Below, piece after piece: positions 9,496 to 18,861 of a stretch of DNA of 64,000 nucleotides. The notes below the pieces were generated by a model. That model had not been told where the DNA came from, ran no database searches, and worked only from the letters and a program-made list of their open reading frames with translations. A program made the translations under genes and the position numbers. This DNA is from Myxococcota bacterium (GTDB lineage Bacteria > Myxococcota_A > Polyangia > Nannocystales > Nannocystaceae), in contig JBCCHT010000001.1 of the NCBI GenBank assembly GCA_039028615.1, positions 384,001 to 448,000 on the forward strand, written 5' to 3'. How positions within the stretch are numbered: position 1 is the stretch's first letter; the number at the start of each line of letters is the position of its first letter.

Positions 9496-10395
9496 TCACT
9501 CGGAGCGTTGCAGCAACCCGCTACCCGCCACCACGCTCCACTTGCCGCCGGTCGACTCTACGCCGATCGTGCCAGCCTCGGACCCGCGCAGCATCGCTCG
9601 GGTGACGGTGATGGGATTGGGGTTGGTCGTCTTCACCACGATGGGATCGCCGAGCGCCGCTCTGCCCTCGTGCACCAATGTCGACGACACCGTCTGCGCG
9701 TCCTTGCGACGCGTGGGAGGGTTGATCACCAGCTCGAGATCCGGCCCGCTACCATCCGACGAAAGCGCGTAGACCCGCGACTGCACCGCCTTGCCCTTGG
9801 CCGGCTTGTCCGGGTCGGCCAGCACTTCTTCGTAGACGTCGTGCAGGTGGAACACGGTGCCGGGCGCCTCGGTCCGCACCATGCCCGCGGCTGCGATCAC
9901 GGTGTCGATGCGACGCGCGGCATGACTGCCTTCGGGAACCGGTCCGTTCAGGATTTCCACGTCGAGGATCTTGTCCGGCGACATCAACAAGGACACCAGC
10001 AGCCAGCGCTCCGCGGTTCGCGAGCTGAGCTCGGGGAGGTTGCCCTCTTGGTCGGGCAACCAGCGCACGAACACCACCTGGGCCGAGCGCCCGCCGGGGT
10101 CCACATCGACCAACGGCATCACCGCGTCGGTGCCGGGATCACCGACCTGGTGCATGCCCTGTTCGTAGGCCAGGACCAGCGCCCGCTCGAGCTGGTGCAG
10201 GCGCCGCCCTCGGTCGTGAACCTGCACCAGATCCTCGGGTGAGATTGGCCGCATCAGTCCGGGAGGAGGCTCGGAATTGGCATTGGCGATGCCCAGACCG
10301 ACGAATTCGTCCTCGTTGTTGGTCCCCGCACAGGCGGTTGCCACCAAAGACAACCCCAGGCAGAACTCCCGAAACCACCGCGCGCGCCGTCGCAT
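9496..10395 (-). CDS. Hypothetical lipoprotein
   Basis: Signal/lipobox MRRRARWFREFCLGLSLVATAC, GC3-rich codons and TGcTATCGT 8 nt upstream. Confidence 0.7.
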   Translation of the reverse strand: MRRRARWFREFCLGLSLVATACAGTNNEDEFVGLGIANANSEPPPGLMRPISPEDLVQVHDRGRRLHQLERALVLAYEQGMHQVGDPGTDAVMPLVDVDPGGRSAQVVFVRWLPDQEGNLPELSSRTAERWLLVSLLMSPDKILDVEILNGPVPEGSHAARRIDTVIAAAGMVRTEAPGTVFHLHDVYEEVLADPDKPAKGKAVQSRVYALSSDGSGPDLELVINPPTRRKDAQTVSSTLVHEGRAALGDPIVVKTTNPNPITVTRAMLRGSEAGTIGVESTGGKWSVVAGSGLLQRSE

Positions 10396-10455
10396 GAAGC
10401 GGCACGATAGCACCTCCCGGCCACCCCGCGCGGCCGGTGCTATGGTCTCGCCGCC

Positions 10456-11187
10456 ATGCGAATCCGTCAGGTCCTCGCCATCCTCGCTGTGGGCTCCGTG
10501 CTCGGCTGCCACGCCAAGACGGCCGACACCCAGGGTCAAGCCGACGCCAAGGCCAAGGGCGCCAACACGCCCGCTGCGGTGAGCCCGGGTGGTGTCCACC
10601 CCGGCCTCCTCGATCCCTCCCAGGCCAACGAGACCGCCCCCGCCACCTACAAGGTGAAGTTCGAGACCACTCAGGGCGACATCGTGATCGAGGTCGACCG
10701 CGCCACCGCCCCCAAGGGTGCCGACCGGTTCTACAACCTCGTCAAGATCGGCTTCCTCAACGACGTCGCCTTCTTCCGCGCCATCAAGGGCTTCATGGTC
10801 CAGTTCGGCCTCAACGGCGATCCCAAGGTCAACGCCGCCTGGAAGAACGCCGTCGTCCAGGACGACCCGGTCAAGGGCTCCAACTCCACCGGAGCCATCA
10901 CCTTCGCCATGCGGGGCCCCAACACCCGCACCACCCAGCTGTTCATCAACCTCGTCGACAACAACGGCAAGGGCACTCGCCCCGTCAACCTCGACAAGAT
11001 GAACTTCGCCTCCTTCGGCAAGGTCGTCGAAGGCATGGACGTCGTCGAGAAGCTCTACACCGGCTACGGCGAGGGCGCGCCCAAGGGCAAGGGCCCCGAC
11101 CAGCGTCGCGTGACCAACGAGGGCAACGCTTACCTCAAGGCCAGCTTCCCGAAGCTCGACTACATCAAGTCGGCCACGCTGCTGTAG
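10456..11187 (+). CDS. Cyclophilin-type peptidyl-prolyl cis-trans isomerase (lipoprotein)
   Basis: Motifs FETTQGDI, FFRAIKGFMVQFG, TRTTQLFIN and FGKVVEGMDVV; VLGC lipobox. Confidence 0.95.
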   Translation: MRIRQVLAILAVGSVLGCHAKTADTQGQADAKAKGANTPAAVSPGGVHPGLLDPSQANETAPATYKVKFETTQGDIVIEVDRATAPKGADRFYNLVKIGFLNDVAFFRAIKGFMVQFGLNGDPKVNAAWKNAVVQDDPVKGSNSTGAITFAMRGPNTRTTQLFINLVDNNGKGTRPVNLDKMNFASFGKVVEGMDVVEKLYTGYGEGAPKGKGPDQRRVTNEGNAYLKASFPKLDYIKSATLL

Positions 11188-11205
11188 AGCGCGGGCCTCG
11201 TGCCA

Positions 11206-11237
11206 CCCCGGCCCGTCGCTCGGGTCGGGGCGTTTTC
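11206..11237 (+). terminator. Intrinsic terminator after the cyclophilin gene
   Basis: CCCCGGCCCG-tcgct-CGGGTCGGGG followed by cgTTTT. Confidence 0.65.
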
Positions 11238-11250
11238 ATCGGCGCCCCCC

Positions 11251-11793
11251 TCAGGTACCGAACTTGCGGCCGCGGATTCGGACCCGCTTGAGGCCCTTCT
11301 TCAGCCGCACGTGCGCGGCCTCGAGCTCGGCGCTCTGCGCTTCGTCGTGGGCATCGAGCACGATGGACAGCGCCGCGAACGAGTCGTTGGCCTCGCGGTA
11401 CAGCTTGTCCCAGTCCTCTTTGGTGATGCGCTTGCGGCTGTTGGCGATGGCGTCGACGCGGTCCATCGCGTAGTCGAAGCTGGTGCGCACGCCCTCGATC
11501 TCGAGCTCGCCTCCGGCGTAGGGCACCTCGGGCACAGGCACGGCGGCGGCCGGATCGTCCTCGGGCATCGAGGCGTTCTTGCTGCGGTCGGGCGTCATCA
11601 TGCCGCGCGCGACCATCTCGAGTCGCTCGCGCCGCTCGTCGCGAGCTTCGATGGCCTCTTCATCGGTCCGCGCGTCGACGACGGCGTCCTCGACGACCTG
11701 GTTGACCTCGGCGTCGCCGAGCAGCAACACCCCCGCGTAGCCGACGAGGCCAACGGTGGTCAGGATGCCGAGCGTTCGAATGACTTGGGGCAT
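11251..11793 (-). CDS. Hypothetical membrane-anchored helical protein
   Basis: N-terminal hydrophobic segment and coding-like GC3 bias. Confidence 0.7.
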   Translation of the reverse strand: MPQVIRTLGILTTVGLVGYAGVLLLGDAEVNQVVEDAVVDARTDEEAIEARDERRERLEMVARGMMTPDRSKNASMPEDDPAAAVPVPEVPYAGGELEIEGVRTSFDYAMDRVDAIANSRKRITKEDWDKLYREANDSFAALSIVLDAHDEAQSAELEAAHVRLKKGLKRVRIRGRKFGT

Positions 11794-11867
11794 GGTGGCG
11801 CCTGGACCTCAACGTGCAGCGCACTCGGCGCCAACAGCGTGAACTTCAGCGAGTGTAGGATGAGGGC

Positions 11868-12824
11868 GTGACGACGGCCAATGGCGATGCCGCCGCCACC
11901 GCTGCGGACGAGGTGCAGTCCATCGTGGAGGCGCTGTTTCGAGGGCCTCGCGAGCGCTTCGTGACCGAACGCAATGCGGCTGCCAAGCGCCTCAAGGGCC
12001 TCGGGCGCTCCGAAGATGCGACCCGGGTCAAAGCGCTGAGCAAGCCCAGTGTCTCCGCCGCGGCGGTCAATCGGCTGTGGTGGGAGCGACGAGCGGAGTT
12101 CGAAGCGCTCCTGGATGGAGGCCGGCAGATGGCGGCGGCCATGAGTACGGGCGCGGGTCCGGCTCAGCAGGCCGCGGCCGCGCTCGGCAAGCGGCGAGCG
12201 CTGGAGCGGTTGATCGCACTCGCCGAGGACGATCTGCGAGCGGCGGGCAGCAGCGCGAGCATGGCGGTGATGCGGAAGATCAGCACCACGCTCGAAGCCC
12301 TGGCCGTGCACATCCTGCACGAGGGCGGTCCGCGACCCGGGTGCCTGAGCGCCGACCTGGAGCCACCGGGATTCGATCTGCTGCCGACCCTGGCCGCGGG
12401 CGCGTCGATGATCGCCCCGCCCCCGCCGAAGCCGACCGGCCCCGCGCTGGTCGAGCCCGATGCCCAGGCCGAAGCGGAGGCTCGCATCGCGACGGCCGAG
12501 CGCGCGGAGGCCAAGGCACGCGAGCACGCCCAGGCCGCGGCCCGCACCTTGGATCACCGCACGGCGGAAGCCTCGGAGGCCCAGCTGGCCTCTCGTCGGG
12601 CGGCGCAGATCTTCGAGGATGCCAAGGCGTCCCTGGCCGAGGCGCAGCGCGCTTGCGAGGCGGCGGAGCGCGGGGCCCATCGCACCCGTACCGAGGCCGA
12701 ACGACGGCAAACGCAGGTCGAGGACGCCCGGCGGGCCCTCCAGGGCCTGGGCGAAGCGCTGCAACAGCGGGAGGACGCCCTTCGTGAGGCCCGCGCGCAC
12801 TTGGCGTCGTTGCCCCAGAAGTGA
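11868..12824 (+). CDS. Hypothetical protein with a C-terminal coiled coil
   Basis: N-terminus LFRGPRERFVTERN...KPSVSAAAVN and Ala/Glu/Arg heptads. TAGGAT lies 6 nt before the GTG. Confidence 0.75.
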   Translation: MTTANGDAAATAADEVQSIVEALFRGPRERFVTERNAAAKRLKGLGRSEDATRVKALSKPSVSAAAVNRLWWERRAEFEALLDGGRQMAAAMSTGAGPAQQAAAALGKRRALERLIALAEDDLRAAGSSASMAVMRKISTTLEALAVHILHEGGPRPGCLSADLEPPGFDLLPTLAAGASMIAPPPPKPTGPALVEPDAQAEAEARIATAERAEAKAREHAQAAARTLDHRTAEASEAQLASRRAAQIFEDAKASLAEAQRACEAAERGAHRTRTEAERRQTQVEDARRALQGLGEALQQREDALREARAHLASLPQK

Positions 12825-12896
12825 GCCGAACGCCATCCTGACGGTGATCACGTGCAGAAACGGGGTCAGGGCTGCTAGAGTCCCGCCGCCGGAAAC

Positions 12897-15761
12897 GTGG
12901 GCGAACCAGCGAGAATTCCAAAGGTCCGATCGCAGGGCGGATGTCTTTCCCCGACGCACAAGCGCCGAGGATCGGGCCGAGCGTTGCACGTGTCGATGAT
13001 CGCCGCCGCGCTCGCCATCGGCGGGACGTCCAGCGCCGCCGCGGCCGAACTCGAGTTCGAGACCGGCCCGGCCGAGACTCAGGATGCGCCAGCCGAGGGC
13101 CTCGTCGCCCCCGTCCTGACCAACACCACGAGCCTCGACTATCCGCCCGAGCTGCTCGAGCAAGAGTCGCCGCCGGCCGGCGACGGGGTGGTCGAGCTGA
13201 CCGTCGGTACCGATGGCGTGCCCAAAGAGCTGAAGGTGGTGCGCGGAGTCGACCCCACGCTCGATGCCCTGGCGCTCGAGGCCGTAGGCCGCCTTCGCTA
13301 CACGCCCGCCACCTACAAGGGGCAGCCGGTCGAGGTCATCCAGCAGCTGACCATCCCCATCGCTCCGCCGCCGCCCGCCGAGCCGCCGCCCGCCGAGGAG
13401 CCCCCCGCTGAAGAGCCCGCGCCCGAGGAAGGCATCGACGAGCCCGAGCCCGCCGCCGAAGGCGACGTGGTCGAGGGCGAAGGCGAAGGTGAACAAGACC
13501 TCGATGCCCTCGAGGGTCCGGTGCGCATCTACGGCACCCTGCTCGAGGCTGGCCAGCGCACGCCGATCCAAGGCGCCCGCGTGGTGGCCGTGCCTGCGCC
13601 GCCCGACACCCCGGTCGGCGAGGTCAAGAAGACCAACTACGAGCAGCCCGGGGCGCCCGATTGGGAAGCCGGGACGCTGACCGACGAAGAGGGTCGCTTC
13701 GAGCTGCGTGGCATCGAGGGCGGCGGCAAGGTCCGCGTCATCGTGCTCGCGCAGGGCTACGACCGCATCGAGTTCGTCGAAGGCCTGGCCGCCGACCAGT
13801 CGATCTCGGTCAAGTACTTCGCGCCACGGCTCGAGACCAACCCCTACCGCACGGTGGTGGTCACCGAGGGCGCGGGCCGCGAAGAGGTCGCGCGCCGCAC
13901 CATCACCGCCGAAGAGATCAGCGTCCTGCCCGGCACCCAGGGCGACGCCCTCAAGGCGATCCAGAACTTCCCCGGCGTCGCCCGGGCGCCCTTCGGCATC
14001 GGCCTCCTGGCCATCCGCGGTACGGGCCCCAACGACTCGGCCGTGTACCTGGGGCACCACCAGATCCCCACCCTCTTCCACTTCGGCGGGCTCACCTCGG
14101 TCTTCAACAGCGACATCCTGTCGAAGATCGACTTCGTGCCCGGCAACTTCGATAGCCGCTACGGCGACGCCATCGGCGGCATCATCGACGTCACGCCGCG
14201 AGCGGGTCGCCGTGACGGCTACCACGGCTACATCGACTCCGACGTGTTCGACACCGGCGTGCTGGTGGAGGGCCCGGTGGGCAAGGGCTCGTTCGCGCTG
14301 TCCGGGCGGCGCTCGTACATCGACGTGCTGCTGCCGGCCTTCATCCCCGATGACGCCGGCCTCGACCTGACCATCGCGCCCCGCTACTACGACTACCAGG
14401 CGCTGTTCGACTACCCGATCGCGGGCGGCAACTTCACCTTCCGCGCCTTCGGGTCCGACGACCGCACCCGCGTGGTCGCGGCCGACCCCAACGAGGTCGA
14501 GCCCGACGACCGCGATGCCTTCGAGACCTCCCAGTTCTTCCACCGTGTCGACCTCGCCTACGAGAAGAAGGAAGGCCCCTGGCGCTTCCTCATCACCCCC
14601 TCGTACCGGCTCGAGTTCATCGAGTTCGGCATCGGCGAGTTCTTCAACTTCAACCTGCGTACCCACAACGTGTCGATGCGCTCCGAGGTCGAGCGCAAGA
14701 TCGGCAAGCGCAGCTCACTACGCGTGGGCACGGAGTACATCGGCGCATGGTTCGAGGTGGACGTGGAGGCCCCGCCCCTACCGACGGGCGACGGAGGCAG
14801 CGGAACCGGGGACATCACCTCGTCGATCGACGACGCCTTCGCCCTGCCCGCGGTCTACTCCACGCTCACCCTGGGCGTGACCGACAAGTTCACGCTCTTC
14901 CCCGGCGTGCGCCTCGGCTACTACACGCAGCCCGACCGCACGAGCTTCTTCGACCCGCGCATGAACTTCGCGTGGGACATCGCCGACAACACCACCATCA
15001 AGGGCGGCACTGGCCTGTACTCGCAGGCACCGCAGCCGGTGGAGACGAGCGAAGAGTTCGGCAACCCGGAGCTCGGCCTGCAGCGCGGCTGGCAGAACAG
15101 CCTCGGCGTCGCCCAGCAGTTCGACTACGGCATCAGCCTCGATGCCACCGGGTTCTTCAACTACATCTGGGATCAGCCCACCGCCTCCGAAAACCTCATC
15201 GTTCGCCAGGACGGCTCGGTGGGCCCGGAGCTGTTTGCCAACACCCAGACCGGGCGCGTCTACGGCCTCGAGCTGCTGCTGCGCAAGCAGCTCACCAATC
15301 GCTTCTTCGGATGGCTGGCCTACACGCTGTCGCGCAGCGAGCGGCGCCCGACCCCCTCCGAGGAGTACCGGGTCTTCGACTTCGACCAGACCCACATCCT
15401 CACCCTCATCGGGGTGGTCAAGCTCCCCAAGGGCTGGCAGGTGGGCGGGCGCTTCCGGCTCGTCTCGGGTAACCCCGATACGCCGGTCATCGGCGCCGTC
15501 TACGACAGCGCGGGCGACTTTTACCTACCGATCAACGGTACGACCAACTCCGACCGCTTCCCCGCCTTCCACCAGCTCGACGTTCGCGTCGACAAGAAGT
15601 GGACCTGGAAGCGGGCGAGCATGACGCTCTACTTGGACATCCAGAACCTCTACAATCGACAGAACACCGAGTTCTGGATCTACAGCTACGATTTCACCGA
15701 CCGCCGCCCCGTCGCCGGCCTCCCCATCATCCCCTCGCTGGGGACCAAGATCGAGTTCTAG
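12897..15761 (+). CDS. TonB-dependent receptor with N-terminal TonB C-terminal-like and carboxypeptidase-regulatory-like domains
   Basis: TonB_C-like YPPE...VELTVGTDG...YTPATYKGQPV; plug LPGTQGDALKAIQNFPGV...IRG; barrel ending in a terminal Phe (GTKIEF). Start uncertain. Confidence 0.9.
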   Translation: MGEPARIPKVRSQGGCLSPTHKRRGSGRALHVSMIAAALAIGGTSSAAAAELEFETGPAETQDAPAEGLVAPVLTNTTSLDYPPELLEQESPPAGDGVVELTVGTDGVPKELKVVRGVDPTLDALALEAVGRLRYTPATYKGQPVEVIQQLTIPIAPPPPAEPPPAEEPPAEEPAPEEGIDEPEPAAEGDVVEGEGEGEQDLDALEGPVRIYGTLLEAGQRTPIQGARVVAVPAPPDTPVGEVKKTNYEQPGAPDWEAGTLTDEEGRFELRGIEGGGKVRVIVLAQGYDRIEFVEGLAADQSISVKYFAPRLETNPYRTVVVTEGAGREEVARRTITAEEISVLPGTQGDALKAIQNFPGVARAPFGIGLLAIRGTGPNDSAVYLGHHQIPTLFHFGGLTSVFNSDILSKIDFVPGNFDSRYGDAIGGIIDVTPRAGRRDGYHGYIDSDVFDTGVLVEGPVGKGSFALSGRRSYIDVLLPAFIPDDAGLDLTIAPRYYDYQALFDYPIAGGNFTFRAFGSDDRTRVVAADPNEVEPDDRDAFETSQFFHRVDLAYEKKEGPWRFLITPSYRLEFIEFGIGEFFNFNLRTHNVSMRSEVERKIGKRSSLRVGTEYIGAWFEVDVEAPPLPTGDGGSGTGDITSSIDDAFALPAVYSTLTLGVTDKFTLFPGVRLGYYTQPDRTSFFDPRMNFAWDIADNTTIKGGTGLYSQAPQPVETSEEFGNPELGLQRGWQNSLGVAQQFDYGISLDATGFFNYIWDQPTASENLIVRQDGSVGPELFANTQTGRVYGLELLLRKQLTNRFFGWLAYTLSRSERRPTPSEEYRVFDFDQTHILTLIGVVKLPKGWQVGGRFRLVSGNPDTPVIGAVYDSAGDFYLPINGTTNSDRFPAFHQLDVRVDKKWTWKRASMTLYLDIQNLYNRQNTEFWIYSYDFTDRRPVAGLPIIPSLGTKIEF

Positions 15762-15765
15762 CGCC

Positions 15766-16932
15766 ATGCCGACCTCCCCTCGCCTCGCACTGCGATGTGC
15801 CCTGCCGCTGCTGGCCGGGTTGGGTTCGGCCTGCGCCATGGACCTGCCCATCTCCGAGCGCATCATCAACGAGCGCCCCTTGGCCATGCGGGTCGAGGTC
15901 GTCGACCCCTTCGCCGACCCCGATGCCGCCGTGCGGGCCGAGGCCCTGCCCGTCGAGAGCATCCGCGCGATTCCCTTCATCGTCGACGCCAGCGAGGTCC
16001 TCAGCCCCGAGCGCATCGAGAACGAGCTCGAGCCCGTCTGGCTCGCCTGCCCGCTCCAGCCGCTTCAGGGCATCTTCGCCTGCCTCAGCGCCCAGCTGCC
16101 GCTCACCCTCGACGAGATCGTCGAGTGCCCGCCGGTCGACTTCGCCGCGCTCGAGTCCGACGAGCCGCCGTCCATGCCCGCGCCGTGCCTCGTCACGGGA
16201 GGCACGCCGGCCGAGCCCTCGATGCAGGTGCCCATCGACTTCAACTTCTTCCTCGGTGGCGACATCGAGCTGACGATGATCGCCCACCGCCCCGATGCGG
16301 GCGACACCACACAGTGCGCCAACGACCTGCTCGGGCAGCGCGAGCTGTCGCCCGAGTGCATGTACGCGGTCCAGCGCGCTTCGATCGGACCGGACACGGC
16401 CATCCTGCGGCTCGCGGCCGAGAACGGGCTCGCCGACGAGGAGCTGCTGGGCACCATCCCGTCCGAGGACGAAGTCCCCGACGCCGACCGGCACCCGCGA
16501 ATCCAGACCTTCCGCGTGGTCATCACCGACGAAGTCGACGTGACCCGCGAAGACCTCGAGCGCGTGCTCTCCGAGGGAGAGTCGATCGAGGTCGCCCGAG
16601 GAGACACCGTGGCGGTGCGGGCGGGACAGACCCTGGTCATCGAGACGACGGCGCCCGAGGAGGACCTGCAGACGTATCTCATCCCGACGGACGACGATGC
16701 GTACGAGGAGCGGGACGAGGACTACTCCGGGGACTGGTACCGCACCTGGGGCACGCTGCTGTCCACGAGCAGCGACGACCCGGTCAGCTTCAACACCTGG
16801 ACGATGGTTCCGGGGGAGCAGGACGACTCGCTGACGGAGCTACCGCCCGAGGGGTTTGCGACGCTGTACTACGTGTTGGCGGATTCGCGGCAGGGTGTGG
16901 ACTGGTGGTGGTTCAACGTGCAGGTACAGTAG
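15766..16932 (+). CDS. Lipoprotein co-transcribed with the TonB-dependent receptor
   Basis: Starts 4 nt after the receptor stop. LGSAC lipobox; C-terminus YYVLADSRQGVDW. Confidence 0.8.
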   Translation: MPTSPRLALRCALPLLAGLGSACAMDLPISERIINERPLAMRVEVVDPFADPDAAVRAEALPVESIRAIPFIVDASEVLSPERIENELEPVWLACPLQPLQGIFACLSAQLPLTLDEIVECPPVDFAALESDEPPSMPAPCLVTGGTPAEPSMQVPIDFNFFLGGDIELTMIAHRPDAGDTTQCANDLLGQRELSPECMYAVQRASIGPDTAILRLAAENGLADEELLGTIPSEDEVPDADRHPRIQTFRVVITDEVDVTREDLERVLSEGESIEVARGDTVAVRAGQTLVIETTAPEEDLQTYLIPTDDDAYEERDEDYSGDWYRTWGTLLSTSSDDPVSFNTWTMVPGEQDDSLTELPPEGFATLYYVLADSRQGVDWWWFNVQVQ

Positions 16933-16935
16933 CGG

Positions 16936-17868
16936 GGTGAGGGTCGTATGAGTTGGTTCGTTGGCTGGCTTGCGTGGAGCTAGGGTGGCAAATGTTCGAG
17001 CAGGCGGCTTGCCTGTTTAACGGATGGAACCCTCCCCGGACGTGCTCGGCGGCCGTTAGAGCCGAGTGGTTCGCGTCGGCTGTCGGCGGCCGCCTCCGCG
17101 CGACCGGGCCCCCTCCATCCTACGCGGCTTCGCTTCAGCCCTCCCCGTGGCACCAGCTTCCGGGCGAACAGCCGTTGGGTATTGCGCCTGCGTCCGTAGG
17201 AGATGAGTTCCGTGGTCAGCGTTTGGGTGTCGTCGATGCAGGGAGCACGTTCACGCGGAGGCTCGTTGAGACTTCTTTTCTCTTCGAGTCAAAGACACCG
17301 AATCTCGAGAACGAACTCTCCCCGATGAACAAGAAATACCCGACGACTGCCCGCTCGGACGTCTGAGCCAAGTCGCAGATCAGCCAGCAGTCCCTTCCGA
17401 CACCAATGCAGAACCCGGCCACCGCCCGATCGGAAATCGAAGGCATTAGCAGGCCAGCCCCCGTTCGAAGATCCAGCAGCCCTACCCGGGCACTCCCCCT
17501 CGACACCAAAACGCAGAACCCGGCCGCTGTTCGCCCGGAAGTCTGAGCCAAGTCGCAGGCGACCCCCCATTCGAAGATCCAGCCGCCCTACCTCCAAGCA
17601 GTCCCTTCCAACGCCAATGCAGGACCCAACCACTGCTCGCCCGGAAGCTGGTGCCACGGGGAGGGCTGAAGCGAAGCCGCGTAGGATGGAGGGGGCCCGG
17701 TCGCGCGGAGGCGGTCGCCGCCAGCCGACGCGAACCACTCGGCTCCAACGGCCGCCGAGCACGTCCGGGGAGGGTTCCATCCGTTAAACAGGCAAGCCGC
17801 CTGCTCGAACATTCGCCACCCTAGCTCCAAGCAAGCCAGCCAACGAACCAACTCATACGGCCCTCACC
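16936..17868. repeat. 933-bp element with 245-bp inverted arms (16936-17180 and 17624-17868)
   Basis: Manual alignment of the left arm to the reverse complement of the right arm gives 9 mismatches and no indels (~96%). Confidence 0.9.
17344..17647 (+). repeat. Degenerate tandem repeat, ~105-bp unit, about 3 copies, inside the inverted-repeat element
   Basis: GTCTGAGCCAAGTCGCAG at 17361 and 17541; TTCGAAGATCCAGCNGCCCTACC at 17464 and 17570; GCAGTCCCTTCC..CCAATGCAG at 17387 and 17598. Confidence 0.75.
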
Positions 17869-18457
17869 GACGCCGCAAAAACGCGAAATCACGATCCATG
17901 ACCGTCTTACGCCCATCCGCCCGAGCATTGTCGACCGCCTGGCGGCACACATCACGAAGATGGTCCGACAACACCCCGAAGACTCCATCGGACGTGTTGA
18001 CCCCATAACGCTCGCGCACGTGGCTCTTGAAGCGAGAGACCACCACGAGGACTTCGTCGGACTTGGGGTCGTCGACGGCGGGTTTGGGGGCCGAACCCAC
18101 GCGGATGCGTCGGCGGGGAGCCGACGGGTCGCGCTCCTTGGCGCGTGGGCTGGCCGACATCGCGGAGACCTCGGCCGTTGGTCGCTGGGCGGGCTTGCGT
18201 GCGGGCGCTTGCGCCTGCGCCGGCGACTGTGCGTGCTTGGGGGACGTCTCTTCGACGGCCCAGGCCTCGCGGTGGCGCATCATCGGCAGGTGCTCCTCCC
18301 AGCAAGCCACCGAGCAAAAGCGATACGTGGTGCGCTTGCGGTTGCAGGTCGAAACGCTGCACACGTAGAACGTCGAAGCAAAGGCGATGGGGCCGCGGCA
18401 GGTGCTACATCGCTTCCAGGTGTTCTTCTCGTCGATCGAGCTTCCCGTGCTCGCCAT
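17864..18457 (-). CDS. Zinc-finger (ZZ-like) plus bacterial histone-fold protein
   Basis: N-terminal CxxC..Cx4C..Cx3C..H..H; basic Pro/Ala linker; C-terminal EVLVVVSRFK...NTS...ARADGRKTVMDRDF histone signature. TACCAT lies 7 nt before ATG 18457. Confidence 0.85.
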   Translation of the reverse strand: MASTGSSIDEKNTWKRCSTCRGPIAFASTFYVCSVSTCNRKRTTYRFCSVACWEEHLPMMRHREAWAVEETSPKHAQSPAQAQAPARKPAQRPTAEVSAMSASPRAKERDPSAPRRRIRVGSAPKPAVDDPKSDEVLVVVSRFKSHVRERYGVNTSDGVFGVLSDHLRDVCRQAVDNARADGRKTVMDRDFAFLRRR

Positions 18458-18564
18458 CGACTTCATGGTAGCGCGCCCAACGTCATCGGCGACGGAAATT
18501 CGCCTGAAGTCAGCGCCAATACGACCCGCGGACCGGCCTCCGTCGGCGTCGCCGGCTCGTTGGC

Positions 18565-18861
18565 CTACTCTTCGGCGCCGTCGTCGACGCAGGCCTCGGC
18601 GGCGCGGGCCGTCATCTCTTCGCGCGCCTGCGGGCTGCACTCGCCCACGAACTTGCCCTCGGGACCGTAGTCCTCGCAGGTGAACTCGAGCCAGCACTCG
18701 CCGGACTCGAGCACCTCGTCCTGGTTGCGGGAGTCGAAAACCTCGGGCTGCCAGTGGCCCAGGGCCTGGGGAGCCGCCTGATCGGCGATCGCCCGCGGGG
18801 CCTGGACGCCGGACGTCGACAGGAGCAGCACGGTGAACGCATGGAGCAGTGAGAAGGTCAT
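18565..18861 (-). CDS. Small secreted hypothetical protein (4 Cys)
   Basis: Signal peptide MTFSLLHAFTVLLLSTSG and an acidic body. Confidence 0.55.
   Translation of the reverse strand: MTFSLLHAFTVLLLSTSGVQAPRAIADQAAPQALGHWQPEVFDSRNQDEVLESGECWLEFTCEDYGPEGKFVGECSPQAREEMTARAAEACVDDGAEE

Noticed and set aside
17344..17647. Possible CRISPR array
   Set aside because: Whole units are homologous (no unique spacers), the repeats are degenerate and there are no cas genes.
16953..17851. Near-identical ORFs 16953..17366 (+) and 17588..17851 (-), plus other ORFs in the element
   Set aside because: They are translations of the inverted arms, with TTG starts, no RBS, no GC3 bias and different ends.
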